Shown in pieces: positions 23,023 to 36,500 of a stretch of DNA of 64,000 nt. How positions within the stretch are numbered: the stretch's first letter is position 1; the number at the start of each line of letters is the position of its first letter. Below the pieces are notes generated by a model. It had not been told where the DNA came from and did no database searches. It saw only the letters and a program-made list of their open reading frames with translations. The stretch is from Centroscyllium fabricii (lineage: Eukaryota). Both the position numbers and the translations under genes were made by a program. The DNA lies in contig JBNRSN020000025.1 in assembly GCA_051313645.2 (NCBI GenBank), forward strand, positions 36,518,001 to 36,582,000, in the 5' to 3' direction.

Positions 23023-24424
23023 GTGTATTCTGCCGATCTGGGTTAGCTGTTCTACGGCAACAGCTGGTCCCAATCCCTCTGAGTTGGAGACGGGAAATAT
23101 CAGAATTCCTACTCCCCAGCGGGAATGTGCGGGTCACTGGATTTGGCTGTAATTCCCCTGTGGTCGAACAGCTGACCAACACTTACTACCCGGGCTGACG
23201 TGCAACCAGTGGCCACTTGACCAGGTATCGAAGATGCTCTCTCCGTGGAACCAACTTGTGAATTGACCAGGAAGATGCCGGGGCTGCGAAACTATAGTTA
23301 TAAGGAGAGACTTGAGAAATTGGGACTGTTTCCACTGGGACCGAGAAGGCTAAAAAGAGATTTATAAGGTTTATAAATCTATATGAGTTTTGATGGCGTG
23401 AATAGGGAAATACTATTTCTTCTGGTTGGGGAGTCACTGGGATTAGTTTTGGATTGATACAGGACTGTGGGGAGAGTCCGTGTCCTCAGACGAGTGGATG
23501 AAATGTTAAAAGAAACAGAATTCGAAATCTTGTCTCTTCCTGGGGGAGGGGGAGGGGGGTGGGGGAGCTGAATTTTAAAACTGTTATAAAATAATACAGG
23601 ATATTTTTTTTTTATTAGCTGAAGCAACTCAGAAATTGCTTGGGGTGGAAGACATTTCGCCAGATAGGGTCAGCCCCTGGAAATGTACCCCAAGGGAGAG
23701 CCAGCCTGGATATGTGCCCTGGGCAGAGTTGGCACATTCATGAGGAGGGGACAACATCTAAAGTTCCTGGACCAGTGGAAGAATCTTGGAAATGTGTTTA
23801 TTTCCATGGAGTTGATTGATTTGCATAGAATAGAGTTTTAGTGTTTTGGGTTTATCCTGTTGCTGACTATTTTGCTGTTTCATTATTCCTGGAACGGCCT
23901 GAGATCAGTGTGATTCATGTGGTGAGTACACAGATCAGATATGTCAAGAGGCTGTTCAGAATTTAACCAGATGGATTTTCAGACTGAGTAACTTCTGACT
24001 CTGAATCAGTCACTTTTCTGAGCAGTAGATATGTTTCGGGGGAAAGGGCAGTGGACACTGACCAGCAGAGACTGACAATCCACAACCGTTTCATTAACAC
24101 AGATTATCATCAGTTACTGAAAGAAGGTACTTGTATTTTATAAGGACACAGGCAGTTGGGTGCAGCCATGTGTATATAATAGATGTGCTGCCCCTCGCCG
24201 ACATCATCCGGCAGGTTCCACATGTACGCTGATGACTCCCAGCTCTACCTCACCACCACCTCTCTCGACACCTCCAGTACCTCAGATTTGTCTCACTGCT
24301 TGCCTGACATCCAGTCCTGGATGAGCTGAAATTTCCTCAAATTAAACATTGGAAAGACTGAAGGTATGTCTTCTGACCCCACCATCGATTCCATCCTCCT
24401 TCAATTTTAGCTATTAAAAAAAAA

Positions 24425-25330
24425 ATCATTCATGGGATGTGGGCGGTGCTGGTAAGGCCAGCATTTATTGCCCATCCCTAATTTCCCTTGAGAAGGTGGT
24501 GGTGAGCCGCCTGTGTGAGGTGAAGGCACTCTCCCAGTGCTGTTAGGGAGTTCCAGGATTTTGACCCAGCGACGATGAAGGAACAGCGATATATTTCCAA
24601 GTCAGGATGGTGTGTGATTTGGAGGGGAACTTGCAGATGGTGGTGTTTCCATGTGCCTGCTGCTCTTATCATTCTAGGTGGTAAAGATCGCGGGTTTGGG
24701 AGGTGCTGTTGAAGAAGCCTTGGTGAGTTGCTGCAGTGCATCTTGTAGATGGTACACACTGCAGCCACGGTAGGGTGGAGGGAGTGAATGTTGAAGGTGA
24801 TGGATGGGATGCCAATCAAGTGGGCTGCTTTGTCCTGGATGGTGTCGAGCTCCTTGAGTGTTGTTGGAGCTGCACTCATCCAGGCAAATGGAAAGTATTC
24901 CATCACACTCCTGAATTGTGCCTTGTAGATGGTGGAAAATCTTTGGGGAGTCAGAAGGTGAGTCACTCGCCATAGAATACCCAGCCTCTGACCTGCTCTT
25001 CTAGCCACAGTTATTATGTGGCTGGTCCAGTTAAGTTTCTGGTCAATGCTGATCCCCCAGGATGTTGATTGTGGGGGATTTGGCAATGGGAATCCCAATA
25101 AATTTCAAGGGGAGGTGACTAGACTCTCTCTTGTTGGAGATGGCTATTGCCTGGCACTTGTGTGGCGCAAATGTTACTTGTCACTTCTCAGTCCAAGCTT
25201 GAATGTTGTCCAGGTCATGCTGCATGCAGGCACAGAGCGCTTCACTGTCTGAGGAGTTGCGAATGGAACTGAACACTGCAATCATCAGTGAACATCTCTA
25301 TTTCTGACCTTGTGACGGAGGGAAGGTCAT
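24425..25330 (-). mobile_element. CR1/L2-group LINE ('family B') 3' fragment
   Basis: ORF 24478-25098 is homologous to 28072-29079. Confidence 0.88.
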
Positions 25331-25597
25331 TGAGTTGCTGCTTTTATTTATGCCTGACTGCACTGATATTGCACAGTAAGCATTCAGTGAACTTTCTGTC
25401 TGTGGCCAGGACTGCACAACATAAGTGTTTATAAATGTGTAGGTCAGCAGAGAATGTGGGTACACTCTGGCTTGCAAAGCTGATGCAGGCAATTGACAAT
25501 GGAAGCCGTACTGCCATCTTTAGCTTTGCCATCTTCTTCCCTCATGGACTGACTGTAATTCAGTAGCTCAGGGCACCCCTCCTAGCTCAGGGCACCC

Positions 25598-25998
25598 ATA
25601 GAAACATAGAAGATAGGAGCAGGAGTAGGCCATTCGGCCCCTCGAGCCTGCTCCGCCATTCAATGAGATCATGGCTGATCATCCAAACCCAGCACCCTGT
25701 CCCTGCCTTGTCCCCATATCGCTCGATCACTATCGAGCCTGCACCGACACATATCCCACCCTATCCCCGTAACCCCACATATTTAATCCCCTTAACACTA
25801 AGGGTCAATTTATCATGGCCAATCAACCTAATCCGCACATCTTTGGACTGTGGGAGGAAACCGGAGGACCCGGAAGAAACCCACGCAGACACGGGGAGAA
25901 TGTGCAAATTCCACACAGATAGTACCCGAGGCTGGATTTGAACCCGGGTCTCTAGTGCTGTAAGGCAACAGTGCTAACCACTATGCCACCGTGCCGCC
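25598..25998 (-). mobile_element. HE1 SINE
   Basis: Reverse complement of the 8781 family. Confidence 0.88.
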
Positions 25999-27117
25999 CT
26001 CCTAGCTCAGGGCACCCCTCCTCTCCCGCAGTCCCTCGATCGGGGAGTCGGGGCTGCATTATCAAACCAAGTCATCTTCACTCGGAGTCTCCAGTATCAC
26101 AGTGGGGAATCCGCACAGCGCTCCCTGCACTGAGGATCACACAGCAGCTGTTTGCCCCGGTAGGGGCTGTGTGGGCCGCAGTTGGCACGATTTACACACA
26201 GTGCTGAAAACCGGTAAATTGAGGGTTTACTGGCAGGGGGTGAATTGTCCCAAATAACTTTGCGACCTCAGATTATCCCTACATGGCACAGTAGTCGTAA
26301 TTTCCAAGTTATAAGCTTTTTGTGGACAGCTCCCCCTTGCTTATCACGTAGACTCCAGTTTGAGAGAGTGGGTTATTACCCGGCCTTGAAAGTATATAAA
26401 GGCAGCTCCCCATTCCCTGCCATTCACCGTAATCAGCAACTGGCTGGCTGGGCAATTTTCTTGGTGCTAGTTGCCATGATGAGTCCCTTCACAACTGGAC
26501 ATTATTGAGAAGCATTCGACTGTGAGTGGATCAGATCTGGCAATTCTTTAGACACCTGTCCGTCAATGACTTAATCTTCCCCATCACGCAACTGGGGAAC
26601 AGGGAGAGCGATGCTTGTGTGAGAGGAGTCGATGATCAAGCAGATATGTCCAGTCCTCTGAATGGGATAGCAGTGGTGAGATGTGATCAGTATGTCTGTC
26701 AAGGCATTGTTTCATTCTTGCTCTGCTGTGACGTCCCCTCTAGATTTTCGGTCTGATAGGGTGCTGAGAATTGTCAGATTAGACCTGTCATATGTTCAGT
26801 CATTGACTGTGGGTTTCTTTCATATTCATCTCAAATTCACAAAATTACAGGTCAGCTAGCAAACTATAAACCTGCCCTCGCTAGTCAGCAGTCTGTGGGG
26901 GCAAATACGGTTCTAGACCGGGATCGGGAGGAGAAAGGCTGGGGGCACAGTGTCCCGTTAAGATCGGCAGGGTCTCTGTGTCCCCAGCCTTGCTGAGTTT
27001 GCTGCCTGTTACCGGATTCCCCCGCACTCTCCCCAACTCCCTGTTAATATTGAGGCCTTGCATTCAGGCCCCTCACAGTCAACAGAGTGAACAGACCTTT
27101 GATTCCCCTGCCCCTGC

Positions 27118-29440
27118 TGACCTGGGCATCCATGAGGCGCTGTGCACCATCAGCAGCAGCAGAATTGTATTCAACCACAATCTGTGACCTCATGGCCCGG
27201 CATATCCCTCACTCTACCATTACCATCAAGCCGGGAGATCAACCCTGGTTTAATGAAGAGTGCAGGAGAGCATGCCGGGAACAGCACCAAGCATACCGGA
27301 AAATGAGGTGTCAACCTGGCGAGGCTACAACACAGGACTACTTGCATACCAAACAACAGAAGCAACATGCGATAGACAGAGCTAAGCGATCTCACAACCA
27401 TCGGATCAAATCAAAGCTCTGCAGTCCTGCCACATCCAGTCGTGAGTGGTGGTGGACTATTAAACAGTTAACAGGAGGAGGAGGCTCCAAAAATATCTCC
27501 ATCCTCAACAATGGTGGAGCCCAGCACGTGAGTGCAAAAGACAAGGCTGAAGCATTTGCCACTATCTTCAGCCAGAAATGTCGAGTGGATGATCCATCTC
27601 GGCCTCCTCCTGAGGTCCCCAGCTTCACAGATGCCAGTCTTCAGCCCATTCAATTCACTCCACGTGATGTCAAGAAACGGCTGAAGACACTGGATACTGC
27701 AAAGGCTATGGGCCCTGACAACATTCCGGCAATAGTACTGAAGACTTGTGCTCCAGAACTAGCTGCGCCCCTAGCCAAGCTGTTCCAGTACAGCTACAAC
27801 ACTGGCATCTACCCAGCAATGTGGAAAATTGCCCAAGTATGTCCTGTCTACAAAAAGCAGGACACATCCGACCCGGCCAATTACCGTCCCATCAGTCTAC
27901 TCTCAATCATCAGCAAAGTGATGGAAGGTGTCGTCGACAGTGCTATCAAGTGGCACTTACTCAGCAATAACCTGCTAACTGATGCCCAGTTTGGGTTCCA
28001 CCAGGGCCACTCGGCTCCTGACCTCATCACAGCCTTGGTCCAAACATGGACAAAAGAGCTGAAGAGGTGAGGTGAGAGTGACTGCCCTTGACATCAAGGC
28101 AGCATTTGATCGAGTGTGGCATCAAGGAGCCCTGGCAAAGCTGAAGTCAATGGGAATCAAGGGGAAAACTCTCCATTGGTTGGAATCATACCTAGCACAA
28201 AGGAAGTTGGCTGTGGTTGTTGGAGGTCATTCATCTCAACCACAGGACATCACTGCAGGAGTTCCTCGGGGCAGTGTCCTAGGCCCAACCATCTTCAGCT
28301 GTTTCATCAATGACCTTCCCTCCATCATAAGGTCAGAAGTGGGGATGTTCGCTGACGATTGCACACTGTTCAGCACCATTCGAGACTCGTCAGATACTGA
28401 CGCAGTCCGTGTCCATATGCAGCAAGACCTGGACAACATTCAGACTTGGGCTGACAAGTGGCAAGTAACATTCACACCACACAAGTGCCAGGCAATGACC
28501 ATCTCCAACAAGCGAGACTCTAACCATCTCCCCTTGACATTAATGGCATTATCATCGCTGAATCCCCCACTATCAACATCCTGTGGGGTTACCATTGATC
28601 AGAAACTGAACTGGACCAGCCATATAAATACTGTGGCTACAAGAGCAGGCCAGAGGCTGGGAATTCTGCGGCGAGTGTCTCACATCCTGACTCCCCAAAG
28701 CCTTTCCACCATCTACAAGGCACAAGTCAGGAGTGTGATGGAATACTCTCCACTTGCCTGGATGAGTGCAGCTCCAACAACACTCAAGAAGCTCGACACC
28801 ATTCAGGATAAAGCAGGCCGCTTGATTGGCACTCCATCCACCACCTTCAACATTCACTCCCTCCACCACCGGCGCACTGTGGCTGCAGTGTGTACCATCT
28901 ACAAGATGCACTGCAGCAACTCGCCAAAGTTCCTCAACAGCACCTTCCAATCCCGCGACCTCTACCACTTAGAAGGACAAGGGCAGCAGACGCATGGGAA
29001 CAGCATCACCTACAAGTTCCCCTCCAAGCCACACACCATCCTGACTTGGACCTGTATCACCGCTCCTTCACTGTCATAGAAACATAGAAACATAGAAGAT
29101 AGGAGCAGGAGTAGGCCATTTGGCCCTTCGAGCCTGCTCCGCCATTCAATGAGATCATGGCTGATCTTTGGCTGATCTTTCAAGTTCAGTACCCTGTCCC
29201 CGCCTTCTCTCTGTAACCCTTAATCCCTTTAGCCTGAAGAAATGTATCCAATTCCCTGGGCCAAAATCCTGGAACTCCCTTCCTAACAACATTGTGGGTG
29301 TACCTACACCATATGGACTGCAGCGGTTCAAGAAGGTGGCTCACCACCATCTTCTCAAGGGCAATTAGGGATGGGCACTAAATGCAGGCCTAGCCAGCCA
29401 GCGACGCCCACATCCCATCAATGAATAAAAAATAAAAAAT
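27118..29440 (+). mobile_element. CR1/L2-group LINE ('family B') ORF2 RT, fairly intact, with a nested HER1 tail (~29075-29255)
   Basis: ANYRPISLLS, ALDIKAAFDRVWH, GVPRGSVLGP, MFADD in ORFs 27087-28070 and 28072-29079. Confidence 0.93.
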
Positions 29441-29539
29441 AAACTTGATCTGATTCATCGCTGAGAGTCCTCGGTCTCTCAGTGTAGTGGGTGATGGAGC
29501 AGCACATCACCTGTAGCCTAACCTACGTTGTAAAGTCGA

Positions 29540-29945
29540 GCTGTGTTTTTATATAGTGTCTTATTACATCTCGGAACTATTTAAAAGTATCTCGCACAAC
29601 GAATTCAAGTAAAGTGAATGTTGTTCTGCAGTGTAATCTGGCAGACATTTTGAACACAGCAAGCTCCCGCAAATGACAAACAACTAGTTAATCTGTTTTT
29701 GGTGATGTTGGTTGAGGGAGGAATGTTGGTCACAGGACATGGGGAGAGTTCCCACGCCCTTCTCCAATAGTGTAGTGGGATCTTGTACATGCAACTAAGA
29801 GGACAGACGGGGCTTCAGTTTAAACTCTCATCCGAAAGATGGCACCTCCGACAGTGCGGCGCTCCCTCAGTACTGCCCCTCCGACAGTGCGGCGCTCCCT
29901 CAGTACTGCCCCTCCGACAGTGCGGCGCTCCCTCAGTACTGCACC
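29540..29945 (-). mobile_element. Deu-SINE remnant with a 32-bp tandem triplication
   Basis: CCTCCGACAGTGCGGCGCTCCCTCAGTACTGC x3 at ~29845-29942. Confidence 0.7.
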
Positions 29946-29948
29946 GAA

Positions 29949-30525
29949 TGGTCACTAAACACCTCCTCTCTGGTTAAGAAGGCCCAACAGCGCCTGTACT
30001 TCCTTAGGAAGCTGAAGAAAGCCAGGCTGTCATCCGGCATCCTCTCCAACTTCTACCGCTGCACAATAGAAAGCATACTGACAAGCTGCATCACTGTCTG
30101 GTATGGTAATTGCACTATCTCGGACCGGAAAACCCTGCAGCGGGTAGTCAAAACTGCCCAACGAATTACCGGTACACAGCTACCGTCAGTGGAAAGCATC
30201 TACCTCAAACGCTGCTTACGGAGGAGGTCTATGAACATTATAAAAGACCCCACACACCCCAGCCACAGTCTGTTCGCCCCTCTGCCCTCCGGGAGACGCT
30301 ACAGAGCAATTTCCACCCGCATGACTAGATTTCAGAACAGCTTCTTCCCCAGGGCTGTCAGCCTCCTGAACTCTAAAAAGAAACTCCGTTACCTGCACGC
30401 CTGATAATGAACTTTACTGTATGTAATTTATTTACTTTGTTTACACTACTCTCGGAAGAGTCGAGTCTTCGTCTCGTTGTATTATACTAGTACTCTGCAA
30501 TGACAATAAAACTTGAATTGAATTG
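29949..30525 (+). mobile_element. Rex1/Babar LINE 3' fragment
   Basis: Near-identical to 56620-57204. Confidence 0.9.
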
Positions 30526-31864
30526 TCAGCCTGGATTAAAAGCTCAGTCGTGAAATGAGGCTTTAAACCACAAACTGATACTTATGGTAACTGGACCGAT
30601 GTTCTTTCCCGCTTGAAAAAAACTAACTCGCGACCACCTCACTTGTGAGACCAGCTCTGCTAGTATTGCAATCTCATTCGTAGTCGACGGTAACAGTGTG
30701 TGTGTAACAGTCGGGCAAGCGTGGAGCAAGGACTTCTCCAGAACCGTGTGGAGTGAGTGAAGTGCGGGCAATGACTCTCCGGTCCGCTGTGTTATCTGCG
30801 CGCTGTCCCATTGCGGGTGTTGTACTAGTGTGCAGTCCCACTACAATAGAGACCACACGAACACCGCCAGAAAACAGATCAGCAGCATCACTGAAGTGAA
30901 TCATCCATTACCTGGGACAGTCCCTGAGTGTGTGTCTATGGGGTGGGGGCTGCAGGGGTGTCTCTAGGGGGTGCTGGCGAGTGTCTCGGAGCTGGGGCTG
31001 GGGCTGGGCGGGGGGGGGGGGTGTCTCGGGGCGGGAGCTGGAGGGTGTCTCGGGGCGGGGGTTGGGTGGTGTGTCTGGGGGGTTTGGAGGTGCTGGGGGT
31101 GTCTCTGGAGGGTTTGGGGGTGGCTCGGGGCGGGGGTGGGGGTGTCTCGGGCTCAAGCTGCTGCCCATTGGGAGAGATGATAAAGAAATAAAAAGGTGAA
31201 AAATATTCAAAAATCTTTTATTTTTAAAGTTGAAAGTTGTTGCTCCACCCCCCCCCCCCCCCCCGGGATCCCGATGGTGTCCATCTCTCTGCTGGCTGCT
31301 CGCTGCTCGCTGAGCGGGTGGGAGTGTTTCTCGGTGGGAGGACCCACGGCCACTGTGGCTCCTTCCGAGGTTGGATTTTAATCTGTGGAACAGACTGGAG
31401 ATTCAGGGAATGGTCACCGAGTGAGACTGACTTATCTCCAGACACAGTCACACGATATATGGTTTGTGGAACCTTCGATCCATCGGTAGAGCTCGGACTG
31501 AACTTGCACATTCTGTAAATAATTCACGGCTCTCCCCTCACCCAGAGTATGGAAAGGGCAGAGCACAACCATCACCCTCCCGCCACCGACATCACCCAGA
31601 AGTCGCCTTCGCCTACCGATGTTTCCCTCACCCCCACTCGTACTGCTGTGAATGTGCTGTTAGGTCAGAAAGGCAAGACAATGTCCTCACTGGACAGCCT
31701 GTAGCCTGAGTGAGACTGGCTGAGATCACCAGTGATCCTCCACCCACACAGTGCTGGTGACAGGGATCAGGACTTTAAAACTGCGAATAGATTAAAAGGA
31801 AGATTGCATTGATGACAATGTGTGATTATACCACCAATCCAACGTTTTCCCCAATTCAGAGTTT

Positions 31865-32135
31865 CCTCCCCGAAGGTGCTGACTCTCACTGGGGTTCAGC
31901 TCCCCTCCTCTCCTGAAGGTGCTGACTCTCACTGGGGTTCAGGACCCCTCCTCTCCTGAAGTTGCTGACTCTCACTGGGGGTTCAGGTCCTCCCCTCTCC
32001 TGAAGGTGCTGACTCTCACTGGGGTTCAGGTCCCCTCCTCTCCTGAAGGTGCTGACTCTCACTGGGGTTCAGGTCCCCTCCTCTCCTAAAGGTGCTGACT
32101 CTCACTGGGGTTCAGGACCCCTCCTCTCCTGAAGG
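31865..32135. repeat. Tandem repeat, ~43-44-bp unit, about 6 copies
   Basis: CCTCCTCTCCTGAAGGTGCTGACTCTCACTGGGGTTCAGG units. Confidence 0.95.
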
Positions 32136-32976
32136 CTTGAGGAACCTGACCTTAGTTTGCAGTGGGAGGAGCTGAGGCGAGACTTGGTGTTTTGCTTTTT
32201 ATATCAATGAACATTATAACCAGCTCCAGATGGGCCTCTTCCCGTCGCGATGTGAGCTCTCACTCCTGCACTGTCCTCCGTCAGAGCTGTCAATTCAGAG
32301 TAGTGTTGTGTTGCACACTTACACCCAGTGTGAGCTTGTCCCAGTCTCATTGCACCTGGACCCAGTGAGTGCAGACAACATTCCTTCTGTTTAGTTTTAA
32401 CCAACTGTGTGGCCCACAACCTGATGGAAAATCTTCCAGTCGATAATTTGCATACAATATATCTGTGAGATTCACATTGTGGAGAAAAACAGCCAGTGGT
32501 GAAACTAATACTTTGAACAAACTCTGTTTTTAGGCTTTCTTTAGTTTCCAAATGAGACATTTTTCCACCAGACCCTTTTCATAATGAACATACGAGATGG
32601 AAAATGTAACATGAGGTCTGTCCGAACCTTTGAGACACAGTTATGGACAAGCAGGCCATTTGGGACAACCCTACACTCTCTCTCATGTCTCCCCCTCTCC
32701 CCCCTCCCCCACCTCATAACTCAGACCCCTGATAGTGGGAATCAGTCTCCTGATTCTGCTCTGCTCTGCTAGTAGTGATTGAATGTCTCCCTTGTGGCGC
32801 GGTGACCAGAATGGGACACAGTGCTGAAGGTAGGCTTGGTGCGGTGGAAGAACAGAGGGATTTGGAGGACTGGACTTTAAAGACAGCATCTTTATCCCAG
32901 TCACATGGAATTTCCTGAATTTTACCAACAGCTGACTCACTCTGTCTCTGACTCTCTCCCTCTCTCATCTCACCAG

Positions 32977-33073
32977 TATTCCAAGCCCCTGTACCGAACA
33001 GATGAGAAGACCTGTAAGGAGAATGAATTCAACAACACGGATTTGAAAAGGTGCTGTTCCTTTTGCCCTCCAG
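32977..33073 (+). CDS. LTBR: LTBR-like exon 2 (first half of CRD1)
   Basis: CACCAG|YSKPLYRTDEKTCKENEFNNTDLKRCCSFCPPG|GTATGT; 97 nt, phase 0 to 1. Confidence 0.92.
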
Positions 33074-33237
33074 GTATGTGTCATCTGTCAAACACTGATC
33101 ACCATTCATACAGCCTCGCTACCACCCTGCTCCTCCTCTCCCCCGCCTTCCTCACCCATGCAACAGAAAGGATTGTGCCAGGTTACTGATTCAGCTAAAG
33201 CAATGCAAGGTGTACTTACACTGGTTTCAGTGACCAG

Positions 33238-33535
33238 GGATACAGAGTAAAGCCCCCTCTACACTGACACATCAAACATTCCCAGGGCAGGTAGAGCACG
33301 GCTTAGATACAGAGTAAAGCTCCTTCTACGCTGTCCCAACAAACACTCCCAGGGCAGGTACAGCATGGGTTAGATACAGAGTAAAGCTCCCTCTACACTG
33401 TCCCAACAAACACTCCCAGGGCAGGTACAGCATGGGTTAGATACAGAGCAAAGCTCCCTCTACACTGTCCCATCAAATACTCCCAGGACAGGTACAGCAC
33501 AGGTTAGATATAGAGTAAAGCTCCCTCTACACTAA
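33238..33535. repeat. 67-bp dispersed satellite (also at ~37510-37732, ~39700-39795, ~40120-40182)
   Basis: TTAGATACAGAGTAAAGCTCCCTCTACACTGTCCCATCAAACACTCCCAGGGCAGG units. Confidence 0.92.
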
Positions 33536-36500
33536 GGGAATGGTAGCATAGTGGTAATGTTACTGGACTAGTAATCCTGGATTAATGTGGGACAAATCCC
33601 ACCATGGCAGCTGGGGAATTTAAATTCAGTTAATTAAATAAATCTGGAATAAAAAGCGAGTAATCGTGACCATGAAACTATCGGATTGTCGTAAAAACCC
33701 AACTGGTTCATTAGCGAAGGAAATCTGCCATCCTTCCCTGGTCTGGCCCATATGTGACTCCAGACCCACAGCAATGTGGTTGACTCTCAACTGCCCTCTG
33801 AAATGGCCTAGCAGGTCACTCAGTTGTAAAACACGAAAAACAGCAAGAATAAAACTGAATGGACCACTCAGCATTGACCTTGGCACCGGCTACAGACATG
33901 AAAATGGCACATCCAGCCCAGTTGACCCTGCAAAGTGCTCCTCACCAACGTCTGGGGACCTGTGCCAAAATTGGGGGAGCTGTCCCACAGACTAGTCAAT
34001 CAACAGCCTGACATAGTCATACTCACAGAATCAGAATCATACCTTTCAGCCAATGTCCCAGACAACTCCATCACCATTCCTGGATATGTCCTGTCCCACT
34101 GGCAGGACAGACCCTCCAGGGGTGGCAGCGCAGTGGTATACAGGTGGGAAGGAGTGGCCCTGGAAGTCCTCAACATTGACTCTGGACCCCATGAAGTCTC
34201 ATGGCTTCAGGTCAAGCATGGGCAAGGGAACCTCCTGCTGATTACCACCTACTGCCCTCCCTCAGCTGATGAATCAGTACTCCTCCATGTTGAACACCAC
34301 TTGGAAGAAGCACTGAGAGTAGCAAGGGCACAGAATGTACTCTGGATGGGGGACTTCAATGTCTGAGTGGCTCAGTAGCACCAGACTGAGCTGGCCGAGT
34401 CCTGAAGGACATAGCTGCCAGTCGTGGCCTGCGACAAGTGGTGAGAGAACCAACATGAGGGACAAACCTACTTGACCTTGTCCTCACCAATCTACCTGTC
34501 GCAGATGCATCTGTCCATGACTGTATTGGTAGCAGTGACCACCGCACAGTCATTGTGGAGCCGAAGCCCTGACTTCACACTGAGGACACCTTCCACCAAC
34601 ACACGGATCAAAACTGGGCAGCCATGAGGTTCTGTGGGCCATCAGTAGCGGCAGAATTGTATTCCACCACAATCTGTAACCTCATCGCCTGGTATATCCC
34701 TCAATCTACCATTACCATCAGGCCAGGGGACCAACCCTGGTTCAATAAGGAGTGTAGAAGAGCATGCCATGATCAGCACCAGGCATACCTAAGAATGAGG
34801 TGCCAACCTGGGGAAGCTACAACACAGGACTACATGCATGCTAAAAAGCAGAAGCAGCATGCTATAAACAGAGCTAAGCAATCCCACAATCAACGATCAG
34901 ATCAAAGCTCTGCAGTCCTGCCACATCCAGTCGTGAATGGTGGTGGACAATTAAACAACTAACAAGAGGAGGAGGCACCATGAATATCCCCATTGTAAAT
35001 GATGGTGGAGCCCAGCACGTGAGTGCAAAAGACAAGGCTGAAGCATTTGTAACCATCTTTAGCCAGAAATGCCGAGTGGATGATCCATAGCCGCCTCCTC
35101 CTGAGGTCCCCACCACCACTGAAGCCAGTCTTCAGCCAATTCGATTCACTCCACATGATAGAAACATAGAAACATAGAAGATAGGAGCAGGAGTAGGCCA
35201 TTCGGCCCTTCGAGCCAGCCCATTCAATGAGATTATGGCTGATCATCCAAACCCCGCCCCTGCCCTCTCCCCATATCCCTCGATCCCTATCAAACCTGCA
35301 TCGACACATATCCCACCCTTAACCCATAACCCCACATATTCAATCCCCCTAACACTAAGGGTCAATTTATCCTGGCCAATCAACCTAACCCGCACATCTT
35401 TGGACTGTGGGAGGAAACCCACGCAGACACGGGGAGAATGTGCAAACTCCACACAGATAGCACCCAAGGCTGGATTTGAACCCGAGTCTCCAGTGCTGTG
35501 AGACAACAGTGCTAACCACTGGGCCACCATGCCATTTCAATCAAAAAATGGTTGAGCGCACTGGATACCGCAAAGGCTGTGGGCCCCGACAACATCCCGG
35601 CTGTTGTGCTGAAGACTTGTGCTCCAGAACTATTATTCCAGTACAGCTACAATACTGGCATCTATCCGACAATGTGGAAAACTGCCCAGGTATGTCCAGT
35701 CCACAAAAAGCAGGACAAATCCAATCCAGCCAATTACTGCCCCATCAATCTACTCTCAATCATCAGCAAAGTGACGGAAGGTGTCATCGACAGTGCTATC
35801 AAGTGGCACATACTCACCACTAAATGTGAGGTTATCCACTTTGGTAGCAAAAACAGAAAGGCAGAGTATTATTTGAACGGCAATAGATTGGGAGATGGGG
35901 AAGTGCAAAGAGATCTGGGTGTTCTTGTGCACCAGTCACTGAAGGTGAGCATGCAGGTGCAGCAGGTGGTTAAAAAGGCAAATGGTATGTTGGCCTTTAT
36001 ATCAAGAGGGTTTGAGTATAGGAATAGGGATGTCTTGCTGCAGCTGTACAGGGTCTTGGTGAGGCCACACCTTGAGTATTGTGTGCAGTTTTGGTTGCCG
36101 CATCTGAGGAAGGATGTTTTTGCCATGGAGGGAGTACAGTGACGATTCACCAGGCTGATACCTGGGATGGCAGGAATGACTTACGAGGAGAGATTGTGTA
36201 GTCTGGGCTTATACTCGCTGGAGTTTAGAAGATTAAGAGGGGATCTCATCGAGACTTATAAAATTCTGTCAGGCTTGGACAGGTTAGATGCAGAAAGGAT
36301 GTTTCCGATGGCCGGGGAGTCGAGAACCAGGGGGCATAGTCTAAGGATAAGGGGTAAGCCTTGTAGGACTGAGATGAGGAGGAAATTCTTCACAGAGAGT
36401 GGTGAACCTGTGGAATTCCTTCCCACAGAGGGCGATGGAGGCCGGTTCATTTAATATATTCAAGAGGGAACTGGATATATTTCTTCAGGCTAAAGGGATT

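Noticed and set aside
30825-30850. Resemblance to the U1 snRNA 3' region (GTAGTGGGACTGC, minus strand)
   Set aside because: Only ~13 nt; no Sm site or U1 5' end.
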